Of a stretch of 64,000 nucleotides of DNA, positions 48,701-59,400 are shown one piece after another. The notes under the pieces are model-generated. The model was not told where the DNA came from. It did no database searches and saw only the letters and a program-made list of their open reading frames with translations. The stretch covers positions 12,339,834 to 12,403,833 of the forward strand of contig OZ316899.1 of assembly GCA_973895155.1 (NCBI GenBank), given 5' to 3'. Within the stretch, counting starts at the first letter, position 1, and each line of letters begins with the position of its first letter. The DNA comes from Marsupella aquatica. Lineage: Eukaryota; Plantae; Marchantiophyta. A program made the position numbers and the translations under genes.

Positions 48701-50434
48701 GTTGCCGTTGCTGGTGCCGTTCTCTCATTCTCCAACATTTTCAGCAGATTCTGCATGCCTGATTGCTGCATCGGCAAGTCTTCTTTCCTTGGCCGAAACA
48801 CCTGCTCGATCATAGGACTGACAGGCTGGTTGGGCTCTTCTGTTGCCGGCCTCTGCTCCAAAACCTCCTCCGGTGCCCTTGCCGATAGGGGAATTACTGG
48901 GGCAAAGATTTGACTTCTGGCATACCGGCACAACAGCGGCATGTGATAGCCAAGCCGGGACACGCTTCCCACGCCGATCACCTGCTGTTCCTCCTTCAAG
49001 ATTTTCTTTAGTTGGTTGAGGAGGTACCCGTTGTAATCCCGGCTTGGGTCTGGCCTTTCTGCCAGGTAGACCTGAGCCTTGCCGATCTCTGCCCTCGGCA
49101 AGTTACAATGCATGGTCATCCACAAGAAATCGATCATCTCTCTGATGTGCGGGTTGGTGCAGGTGTTCCGGAAGAAGCCATTCTTTGTTGATGGTCCTGG
49201 GAACGACTGGAACTCCTTGTCAGGTAAGGTCTTCCTGGTATCAACCTTGGTCTTATTACCCATCGGCAAGCCAAACACCTCGGCAATCACCCGGGGAGTG
49301 AGATAGAAATCCTTCCCATACACCCTGGTGGAATTGGTCTCGGGTTCCCATGATCCCACGAATTCTAATAAGTCTGAGTCTGGCACCTCCGGCTTCAGCC
49401 ATGGTAATCTTACGAAGGCTTCCAAGCCGGATCCGGCCATGAAGCCCTGGTACTTCTTGGTCTGCATGGCCGTAAAGCATGCATCCTCCTCCCGTGCAAA
49501 TGTAATTGCACTTCCTCTGGTAGGGTCGCCGCCCAGCCTTTCTAGGTGTCATCATTTGTTGGAATGGCATTGATGGGATCGACCTCCTCCTCTTTGGCTT
49601 CTCCTTGCCTCCTGTTCTGTTGCTCTGCTGGTTTCCTTGGTGCCGCCGACCTCGTTCTTTTTGCCGGGGTGGCCTCTTTGTTGTTGTTTCCTTTCCTCTT
49701 CATCTTGGCTGCCGTGGATGTTTCTCCTAGCACAGTTGCCTTTGTCCACCCTTCCGTGCTACCCTTCAACTCCCAGTGCGCGTCGTTGCAGCGGTTGATG
49801 GCTTCCCGAATGCCGACAATTCTGTCTTCGCAAAACAAAAGGTCATCGAGTTGATTGGCAGTAGGAGTCCACAAGAACTCGGCCTTGATGAGTTCTCCTC
49901 CTAAGAAGGCAAACTTCTGCAGCTCCCACAGTTGAGCGAGCTCCTGCCATTCTCGAGCTGCTCTCTCCGATTCTTCATCCTCGTAAGTCCCAATGTACTC
50001 AGTTGCCCGTTCGAACAGGCATCCCCAAAAATGTGCCGCTTGATTGACGTTGCTCATACCCTCCTTGACTCGATCGTTGGTATCTGTTCCCACCTAGAGT
50101 GCTTGCCTAAGCAGCTGACAGTATTTGGCCTCCCGTAGTTGTCTGCTCAATTCGTGCTTGCAAACGAGCCACTATTCCTCGCGAGCGGTCCTTACCCCTC
50201 TCCTCCTCTAGTCTTCCCTCCCGTTGATCATCCCTATCCACCAACGCTTAGCACGCCCTAACCCTAATTGTGTTCTCTCCCCCGGCGTCCTTACTTCCGG
50301 CCTCGGCCCGGGTTCCATAGTCACCCTTAATTGTTTATATTTTCCTTGTCTTGTTACTATACTAAGGTGTTTCCAGGGTACACTCCTGCTTTTACCATGT
50401 AAACCGGCCTAGTGATTCCTGGCTGGGCATCACA
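45734..50434 (-). repeat. 5' LTR, 4701 bp
   Basis: Minus strand TGTGATGCC...GCACCATA (terminal CA mutated to TA), followed by the PBS. Confidence 0.95.
46633..50318 (-). pseudogene. Family-A LTR ORF in the 5' LTR, full length with a few stops and a frameshift
   Basis: ORFs 49542-50093, 47887-49467 and 46633-47874; the ATG at 50318 corresponds to 56536. Confidence 0.92.
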
Positions 50435-50960
50435 CTCACACTGAAGTTCTAGGCCAGTTGTATGCATCTGGTGAGGGCATGCCTCTTTGACTTGCTTCAT
50501 CCTCGATATACTTTGTTAGAGTATACATGAGATACTCATTTTGAGCCTCCCAAAAGTTTCCTGATTTCTCCCAAAGCGAATCTAGGAACAACACCTCTTT
50601 TCCAGTTAAATCAATCATTGCCAACACCCAATGCTCCCTATTTGCCTGGTGGATAGGGACCAATATCTTGTCATAATCAAATATGTTTTCGGTTTTGGTC
50701 CATCGAGCAACATTGGCAAAATAGTATACAGGCGTTGAGAGCAACGTGTAGAATGTTGTGATGAAAAATGCACACTTTGGATAGCCTCTTGATCTCCCCC
50801 TAGACTGCAACAAGGCCAAGTATGCATCGATGATATCTAAATGTAGCCATTGAGCTGTTGTTCTTCCTTCAGACAAGCATCTCATTGACGGCCTGGTCAA
50901 CTTGTAATCTACAAAGTTGAATAGTACTTCCTCGTCTGGGAGCTCTGTGGATAGACATGT
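50435..50960 (-). pseudogene. Ulp1/SENP-like C48 cysteine protease, N-terminal part (His, Asp)
   Basis: WLHLDIIDAYL, FFITTFY, VARWT, ILVPIH..HWVL..ID, FLDSL. Confidence 0.9.
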
Positions 50961-52100
50961 GGATACTATGTCGGAAAAGTCTTGAGAGTAGACTACTTCA
51001 GCAAATAACCCAGGTATCCGGGTATTCCCACCATGTGCTGCATAGGATTGAATAGCATGGCATTAGGCATCATCTTCATCTGAGCTATAGGTCACAAAAG
51101 AAGGGTGAGCTATCTTGTCACTATCACTGCTGACACTCTCTCTTTCATTGTAGTCTACCTCTACTGCTCTATCATCTACAAATCTAGACTTTTGCCTCTT
51201 TGTGTACTTCTCAGCTACACCCTTGAGCCGTTTGAAGGGGCGTGAATCAACAATCCCTTATGCGTAAGTTGGAAGGCAAAATCTTTCTGGAGAGAAAGTT
51301 TTCGATGCTTCCTCCCATGCTTCACGGACTTTGTCCTTGTCTGATGTGTGCCATTGTTTGGACTCGATGTTCCTATAGTGAATTGCCTATTGGTTATGTA
51401 GACAGTTTAAGGTAATACCATAATAATGTGGAACTTCACATTTTTATTGATCCTCACCATGGCACAATGTAAATTGCAAACTACCTACAACAAATCGGTT
51501 CTTGGATTCAACGTTTACTCACAATCCTGAGCATTCCCACCCTTGCCTTCTGCGGCATCCTCCTCTGAATCAGACTCAAGGACCAGCTTCTTCCGCCCTT
51601 CAAGCTTCTTAGTCTCCTTGGCCTCCTCCTTCTTACTCTCCTCGCCCTCCACCTTGGTCTGATTGCCTTGCTGCGTTGAAAGGAGTTTTCACACCACTGA
51701 AGCTGCTGACTCACCAAAGTAGTCATGCGCTTCCATCCCAAATACTAGTCGCCCACAATTATTGGCAGCTTTGTAGATAGCACCAAAGTGGACATTCCAA
51801 GAAAATATGATATCGCTGGGACTGGTGATGTGCTCTATGATGCATTGTAAGGTTGCAGGCGATAACGTTCCGGCCAATTCATCTCTCACTGCATCATCTT
51901 CCTTTGTAAAATTGGATAGAGCATTGCTCTTTGCTGGGCACAAGTCACCAATAATTGGCTTCATATGTAGCTTTGGGAGGGTCACCTCTGTACCCTTCAT
52001 GGCCAATATATCCAAATGCAGATACTGAGCCTATCACATCATGCAAAATAGATTCACACTTGTTAGCAACACTAATTGCTAAACTTATCCGACATCGGTC

Positions 52101-52673
52101 CTACCTATCTCAGAGAGGCTCTCTGAGATCCATGCTACCTATCTCAAATAGGCTCTCCGAGATGGATCCTACCTATCTCAAAGAGGCTCTCCGAGATGGA
52201 TCCTACCTATCTCAGAGAGGCTCTCCGAGATCCATGCTACCTATCTCAGAGAGGCTCTCCGAGATGGATCCTACCTATCTCAGAGAGGCTCTCCAAGATC
52301 CATGCTACCTATCTCAGAGAGGCTCTCCGAGATCCATGCTACCTATCTCAGAGAGGCTCTCCAAGATGGATCCTACCTATCTCAGAGAGGCTCTCCAAGA
52401 TCCATGCTACCTATCTCAGAGAGGCTCTCCGAGATCCATGCTACCTATCTCAGAGAGGCTCTCCGAGATGGATCCTACCTATCTCAGAGAGGCTCTCCGA
52501 GATGGATCCTACCTATCTCAGAGAGGCTCTCCAAGATGGATCCTACCTATCTCAGAGAGGCTCTTCGAGATCCATGCTATCTATCTCAGAGAGGCTCTCC
52601 AAGATCCATGCTACCTATCTCAGAGAGCCTCTCCAAGATTGATCCTACCTATCTCGAAGAGCCTCTCCGAGAT
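52101..52673. repeat. Intronic 34-bp minisatellite x17 built on the palindrome
   Basis: Unit CTACCT-ATCTCAGAGAGGCTCTCCGAGAT-(GGATC or CCATG); first and last cores at 52107 and 52651 (16 x 34 apart). Confidence 0.95.
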
Positions 52674-55087
52674 GACTTCTATTGAAATGCCAAAATTGAA
52701 GTGAACTTACAGCTTTTTTGCTTGACGCCATGTAGCAAGGTGTGTCATTCCAAATGGTGAATGAGTCAATGTGATCCAACTTCTCAGCCTAGTCAATGTG
52801 AAGGTACTCAAAGATTGAGCCTGTCTGGGCAAATGAACCACTGTGCACGATGCTCAGGAAACCGTCGTTTGTGAGTTGAGAGTCTGCCAATGTCGTCGCC
52901 ACTTCTAGGTCACTGAGCCAAAATCTATTCCACACCGAAACATTATTTTCAGCCTGCGCTATGCGATAATCTGTTCCTAGTTGAACAAAAACCATATCAC
53001 AACCATGGCCCTTAGGTACACCATCAACTATCCAACCTTGTTTTTGCAAGCCAACCAACTTCAATTTCTTACACCAGTCCCGGAATTCCCTCATGAATGG
53101 AGGGAGAGGCAACTTTCCCGTGGTTGGCTGGTATTTGTCCTTCAGCCAAGAAGAACACTCTAGTAAGGTCATATGCTCTTTTGCATGGCAAAATCGCAGG
53201 GCAGATGTAATAGCATGAGAGGGCCGAGATACTCCAAGAATTTTGCAAAGATCATCCTCCGGAATTTCTGGGGCTTCTGTTGAAACTGGCTTCTTTGTGG
53301 GTTTGTCTCTCCTCTTCTCGGCTTTCTTCTTTGGCCGACTGGTTGGCTTACCAGAGATTTGTGGTTTGCTTGGGGTCCCACTCGGGGTCCCGCTTGGGGT
53401 TGAAAGGTCAGGCTCCTCCTCCTCATGGCCCTCTGCATTGTCCCCGATGGCCATCTCATCCTCCTCTCCATTGTCCCCACTTGCCGCTTTCTCATCCTCC
53501 TCTCCATTGTCCCCACTCACCGCTTTCTCATCCTCCTCTCCATTGTCCCTGGTCTTTCTCGGCTCCATCTTCTCATCCATCGAACGACATTTGCTTGAGG
53601 TAGACCCTGGGGTTCCAAACTTTTCTTTACTTTTTTCTGCAGAACAAAGTTAGGAGTTTAGTATACATTTTACAATGATACTATCTTGGAGAGGCTCTCA
53701 AACATAGGTCAGATGTACAATGCAAGCTAGGGTGTAAACCTTACCAGGAGTGCCTTGTTCTGAGGTGGTGTCTTCTGATTCCTTTTCTTTCTTCCCCCGA
53801 ACCTTCTTCCCATCATACTCTGGCTCTCCAAGAGGCAAAATGGCCTCCAAGTCCAATGCAGCCTTTGTCGACTGCTCAAGATCTGCCAACTTTGAAGGCG
53901 CAAAAAGGTTGTCTGGTAATTTCCCCTCCTTTAGGAGGTTGGCAGCTTCCTTCTCTTCAGGCGTAATGAACTCATTCCAATCATTGAACTCCATGAACCA
54001 TGGACAACTTTGTCTCTCCCAGTTTGAAAAGACTCTTGCTGCTGGCTTCAGCGCATCTGTGGATACATTGATAGCGGGCCTTTCTCCGTCATCCATGCAG
54101 TTAGAGCACTTGGTAACACTTTGAAAGTAGAGGCTCTAATGCTCTCCTGATGAAGTAAATATCTGACCACACACCTCTTTGCACGCTTCCTCCACACATC
54201 TTTGCCTTGCTTTGCTGGATTCCACATCTTCTTGCCCTCCTCATAGGACCAAGTTTGTACAAATTGCTTGTACATCTTGTTGTGAAACTCAACAAACTCA
54301 TCTTTGCTTCCATTGAAGTTCTGCCACTCACCAGAATCATATGCACTCTCGGCAAACTCTAACATTATCAAACTTCCAACATGGGCAATGTAACACCACA
54401 TTGACCACACTAGCAACCAAGCTCTCACTGCTGAATCACCATATACATCTGGATGGTGGTGTCGCTTCTTCTCGTCCACGGTTGAGAAATGAACGCGGAG
54501 TAACTTGTTTTGACACTCAGCAAGCATCACCGCACTTGCAAACAATTTAACTCGATCCAACCCCACTTGCACTGGTGGCCGATCTTTCTGTTTACTCTGC
54601 AACTAGTGCATCTCCTCGACAATCTCCAAAAATTCCTCTCCATTTGCTGGATTGACAATCTGAGCAAACTTCTGCATTTTGCCCTCCCAAGACCTACAAG
54701 CTTCACTCGTCATGAGTGCGGTTTCCTTTTGGAACTTATCCAAACTCCAGGCATGGCCAATTGCAGCATCGGCTGCCATCTCCTTCGCAAGACGAATCCT
54801 CCCGTCTTCAATATTATTCCACGACATGATGTACACAGCAACATCCTTTGTCATGCACTTGCTATACCATGTCTTTCCATGCCCATGGCTTCTTGCTGCT
54901 AAGAATCTAGCATAACCATCCGGATGAAGCAATGTCTGATACTCCTCCAAAGGTGTCATCAACAGCTTCTTCACCCTGTCTGCATCGGTCAACCAAGATG
55001 TCTGCACAACGTTTGCGCTTATCCTGCATAAAAGAAGCGACAAATGTTGGCGTCAAAGGCTATGTACGAGCAAATTACATCTCTCTT

Positions 55088-55641
55088 GGCATGGATATCT
55101 CGGAGAGGCTCTCCGAGAAGGCATCGCTCTTCAATAAGGCACTTCGAGAAGGCATCGCTCTTCAAGAAGGCATGGATATCTTGGAGAGGCTCTCCGAGAA
55201 GGCATCGCTCTCCAAGAAGGCATGGATATCTCGGAGAGGCTCTCCGAGAAGGCATCGCTCTCCAAGAAGGCACTCCAAGAAGGCATGGATATCTCGGAGA
55301 GGCTCTCCGAGAAGGCATCGCTCTCCAAGAAGGCATGGATATCTTGGAGAGGCTCTCCAAGAAGGCATCGCTCTCCAAGAAGGCACTCCGAGAAGGCATT
55401 GCTCTTCAAGAAGGCATGGATATCTTGGAGAGGCTCTCCAAGAAGGCATCGCTCTCCAAGAAGGCATGGATATCTTGGAGAGACTCTCCGAGAAGGCATT
55501 GCTCTCCAAGAAGGCATTGATATCTTGGAGAGCCTCTCCAAGAAGGGAAGGTTCTATCTCAGAGAGCCTCTCCGAGATAGCATTTTGAGAGCCAAACATT
55601 GTATGTGTGTATGTATCTATCTCGGAGAGCCTCTCCAAGAT
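55088..55641. repeat. Intronic composite repeat (~50-bp unit) with ~10 copies of the palindrome
   Basis: GGCATGGAT-ATCTCGGAGAGGCTCTCCGAGA-AGGCATCGCTCTCCAAGAA units. Confidence 0.92.
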
Positions 55642-56420
55642 AGGATTGCCTATGTGGGTGCAAAAGAACAACAAATGCAAGAACAATCAAAAACCAAGGG
55701 GGCGGAAACTTACGCATTGAGGCCGTGCATTGCCTGCTCAATCTTCCTGAATCCTTGTTTTCCAGGCTGTAGAAGAGAGAATCTCACGCAAGGGTGGTAC
55801 TTCTGCTCGTCAGGATACTCTTCAGCCACTTGTCTCCATGCATTCAGGCGATGATTTCCATCAAACACCCAAAACATCTTACCCTTCAAAACGTGAAACT
55901 CCTCGTACTCATCACACTCCATCTCAAATTTTGCATTAGCTTGTTCCCATAGAGGGTCCCAATCCGCGGAAAATTCAGACATGGAGTGGGTGGCGTTATG
56001 CGCATTGGTCTCTGATATGTGGAATTCCAAAAACTTGTCCACATACCCATTCTTCACGAAGTCCTTCTTCATCTTGAGAATGGAGCTCTGTTGGAGAGTT
56101 CGAACTGCCTCCATTGTCATCAAACAACATAGTGGAATCCGAGGTGGCTCTCTGGGCTTCCCACTTGGTTCAGCTCCAAATGAAACCAAGTACTCCCCAA
56201 CAATCGCTTTGAATGCACCTTTGTTCAAACGTTCAGCAGACACATTTTCAAAGTTCAGAACCTTCGGCTCTAGCTTCTTCATTGTGTGAGTTTCCCGACC
56301 ATTGGCGGTGCTCTCTGCTATCTTTGATTTGGTCTACCGACCAGACGATGAAGGAGAGGGAGTGGGTTGCTTCCTCTTCCCTATCATTTTCAAATCTCAC
56401 CAACTACTGAATTGCACAAG

Positions 56421-59400
56421 TGTGATGCCTAGACAGGAATCACTCGGCTAGTTAAGTGGGTAAAGTAGGAATGCACCCTGGAAACACCTTAGTATAGGGA
56501 CAAAACAAGGAAAACATAAACAATTAGGGGCGACTATGGAACCCGGGCCGAGGCCGGAGGTAAGGACGCTGGGGGTGAAAACTCGATTAGGGTTAGGGCG
56601 CGCTAAGCGTCGGCGGCTAGGAAGGATCAACGGGAGGAAGGACCGGAAGAGGAGAGGGGTAAGGAGCGCTTGCAAGAGATGGTGGCTCATTTGCGAGCAC
56701 AAACTAGGCAGACGACTACGGGAGGCCAACTACTGTCAGCTGCTTAGGCAAGCACTCGGAGAGAGAGTAGATACCGACGATCGACCTAAGGAGGGTATGA
56801 GCAACGTCAATCAAGCGGCACATTTCTGGGGATGCCTGTTCAAACGGGCAACTGAGTACATCAAGACTTACGAGGACGAGGAATCAGAAAGGGCAGCTCG
56901 AGAACGGCAGGAGCTCGCTCGATTGTGGGAGCTGCAGAAGACGGCTTTCTTAGGAGGCGAACTCATCAAGGACGAGTTCTTGTGGACTCCTACTTCCAAT
57001 CAGCTCGACGATCTTCTGTTTTGCGAAGACAGAATCATCGGCATTCGAGAGGCCATCAAGAACTGCAACGACATACACTGGGAATTGAAGGGTAGCACGG
57101 AAAGGTGGACCCAGGCAACGGTGCTAGGAGAAACCTCCACGGCAGCAGAGATGAAGAGGAAGGGAGCCATCAACGATGAAGCCACCCCGGCAAAAAGAAC
57201 GAGGTCGGCGGCACCAAAGAAGCCAGCCGAGCAGCAGAGCAGGAGGCAGGGAGAAGCCGAAGAGGAGGAGGTTGATCCCATCAATGCCATTCCAACCAGG
57301 GATGACACCTGGAAAGGCTGGGCGGCAACCCTACCGGTGGAGGTGCAACTACATTTTGCACGGGAGGAGGATGCATGCTTTACGGCCATGCAGACCAAGA
57401 AGTACCAAGGCTTCATGGCCGGATCCGGCTTAGAGGCCTTTGTAAGATTACCATGGCTAAAGCCGGAGGTGCCGGATTCAGACCTATTAGAATTTGTGGG
57501 GTCATGGGAACCCGAGACCAATTGCACGAGGATATATGGGAAGGATTTCTATCTTACTCCCAAGGTGATTGTCGAAGTGTTTGGCTTGCCGATAGGCAAT
57601 AAGACCAAAGTTGATACCAGGAAGACCTTGCCTGACAAGGAGTTCCGGTCGTTCCCCGGTCCATCAACGAAGAATGGCTTCTTCCGGAACACCTGCACCA
57701 ACCCGCACATAGGAGAGATGATCGACTTCTTGAGGGTGACCATGCACTGTAACTTGCCGAGGGCAGAGATCGGCAAGGCACAGGTCTATCTGGCAGAGAG
57801 GCCAGACCCAAGCCGGGACTACAACGGGTACCTCCTCAACCAATTGAAGAAGATCTTAAAGGAGGAGCAGCAGGTAATCGGCATGGGGAGCGTGTCGCGG
57901 CTTGGCTATCACATGCCGCTGTTGTGCCGGTATGCCAGAGGACAGACCTTTGCCCCAGTACTTCCCCTGCAGGTAAGGGCACCCAAGGAAGCTCCAGCAC
58001 CGAGGCCGGTAGCAGAGAAGCCTCAACCACCTGTTAGCCCTACGATCGAGCAGGTGTTTAGGCCAAGGAAGGAAGACTTGCCGATGCAGCAACCAGGCAT
58101 GCAGAATCTGCTGAAACTACTGGAGAAAGAAAAGAGATCGGCATCGGCAACGACAACGGCAACGGCAACAATGCAGGACACTACTCCAGAGGTAGGCCTA
58201 CACCGGCTTACAAGGGAAAACCCCTTTACTGGAGACAAGGAGAGAATCAGGCCAGAATCCAAGCCGGGTGTTCGAATGTACGTGGGAGTCTCAAGCTCTA
58301 AATCTGAGGCAGAATTGCCTGAAGCTCCTACCGACGAAGAGGAGAGGGAGAAGCCGGAAGTCCAAGAAGTAGAGGAGGCAGTGGAGGACTGCAGCCATGA
58401 TAACTCCGGCTATGGGTCGGACCATCACGTTCCAGGAGTAAGGACCTGTGGCCGGTTTATCCCCACACTTCCAAGGGTAGTACGAGGGGACCCCAACCAG
58501 CAAAGTAGCCCTGAGTCTCCCCCACCAGATGTTGCTCCCCCGAGCTTTGACGGCATAAAACAGACGGCGCAAGAATTTCAGGAGCGAATCAGGCAGGCAG
58601 AGGAGGCAGTCCTGGCTAGGGAAAAGGATTTGCCAGGAGGAGATTGGCCAGAGGACATCAAATGGCTAGCCGAAAAAGGAAGCAAACCTCTAGCCACGAT
58701 TGAAGAGATCCGCAAGACGGCTTGGGAGCAGAGGCCGCGGTGGATGATGCCGATGACTTCTACTTCCTCCACCTATGCTAAAGACAGAGCCATGGAGTAC
58801 GGGGAGATGTGTGGAGAACTGGCGCTCAGCATCTTTGGGGAGGAGTTGGAGCAGGGACCCTTTTTCCAGAGGGAGATGTTGGAGAAGCGCCAATTAGAAG
58901 AAGCGGTGGCCTTGGAAAGAAGCAAGAAGGACGAGGTTATCCGTCGGCTTAGGGAAAGGGAAGCCGAAATCAAGGACCTGAGGGTGGCCAAGAAATCCCA
59001 AGATGAGCTGCGGATTAAGCGGCATGAGCTAAATATCATGCAGGGCCAGTTGGATACCGCACAATCTGATAATCGGATGATCAAGAATCTACTGACGCGG
59101 ACCCAAGGAGAGTTGGCCGATACGATCAAAGAGAGGGAGAAGTGGAAACGAGAGCTGAGGAATGCAGAGGAGGCCCACATAACAGCCAACAACCGGGCCA
59201 TGGCGGAGACCCAAAGAAAGGAATGGGCGTTGAAGGAGGAGCTCGAGAAAATCCGCGGAGCCCTTGAGCAGAAGGAGGCCGAGTTAGGGAAATCCTATCA
59301 AGGGATTATGGCGCTACAGCAGGAGCTTGCGTCCCTGACGGCTAGCTTCAAGGCCGACCTACGGGAGAAGGACGAGATGCTCGATCAGACTTACGCCAAG

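Larger units (their letters stand above)
35784..50434 (-). mobile_element. Full-length Ty3/gypsy element, family A (non-chromovirus, Athila/Phygy/Selgy-like), 14651 bp
   Basis: TSD CTCAC at 35779-35783 and 50435-50439; two LTRs, PBS and PPT; gag-PR-RT-RH-INT order; no additional RNase H or chromodomain seen. Confidence 0.96.
51520..56387 (-). pseudogene. Spliced gene: ParB/Srx-like N-terminus, acidic linker, degenerate beta-class N4/N6 DNA-methyltransferase-like C-terminus
   Basis: Exons ~56387-55714, 55023-53745, 53636-52711 and 52030-~51522, with frame-preserving GT..AG introns. Motifs WVFDGNHRL, CDMVFVQ, QLTNDGFLSI, TIWND and SPATLQCIIEHITSPSDIIFSWNVHFGAIYKAANNCGRLVFGME. Several in-frame TAG/TGA and one frameshift. 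Confidence 0.7.

Noticed and set aside
35784-50434. The 4.7-kb repeats as a segmental duplication, assembly artefact or separate non-autonomous element
   Set aside because: One TSD pair encloses both repeats, the PBS and PPT abut them correctly, and the copies carry independent mutations.
52161-52545. Repeated GGATCC (BamHI) sites inside an MTase-like gene as a restriction-modification target
   Set aside because: They occur in one linker variant of one array only, and the MTase catalytic motifs are degenerate.
52101-52673. CRISPR-like array of palindromic repeats
   Set aside because: The linkers are short and of essentially two recurring types, not unique spacers; there are no cas genes and the context is a eukaryotic intron.
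51955-52704. Plus-strand repetitive ORFs here and at 54932-55854 and 61082-61831
   Set aside because: They are stop-free translations of tandem repeats, open in several frames.
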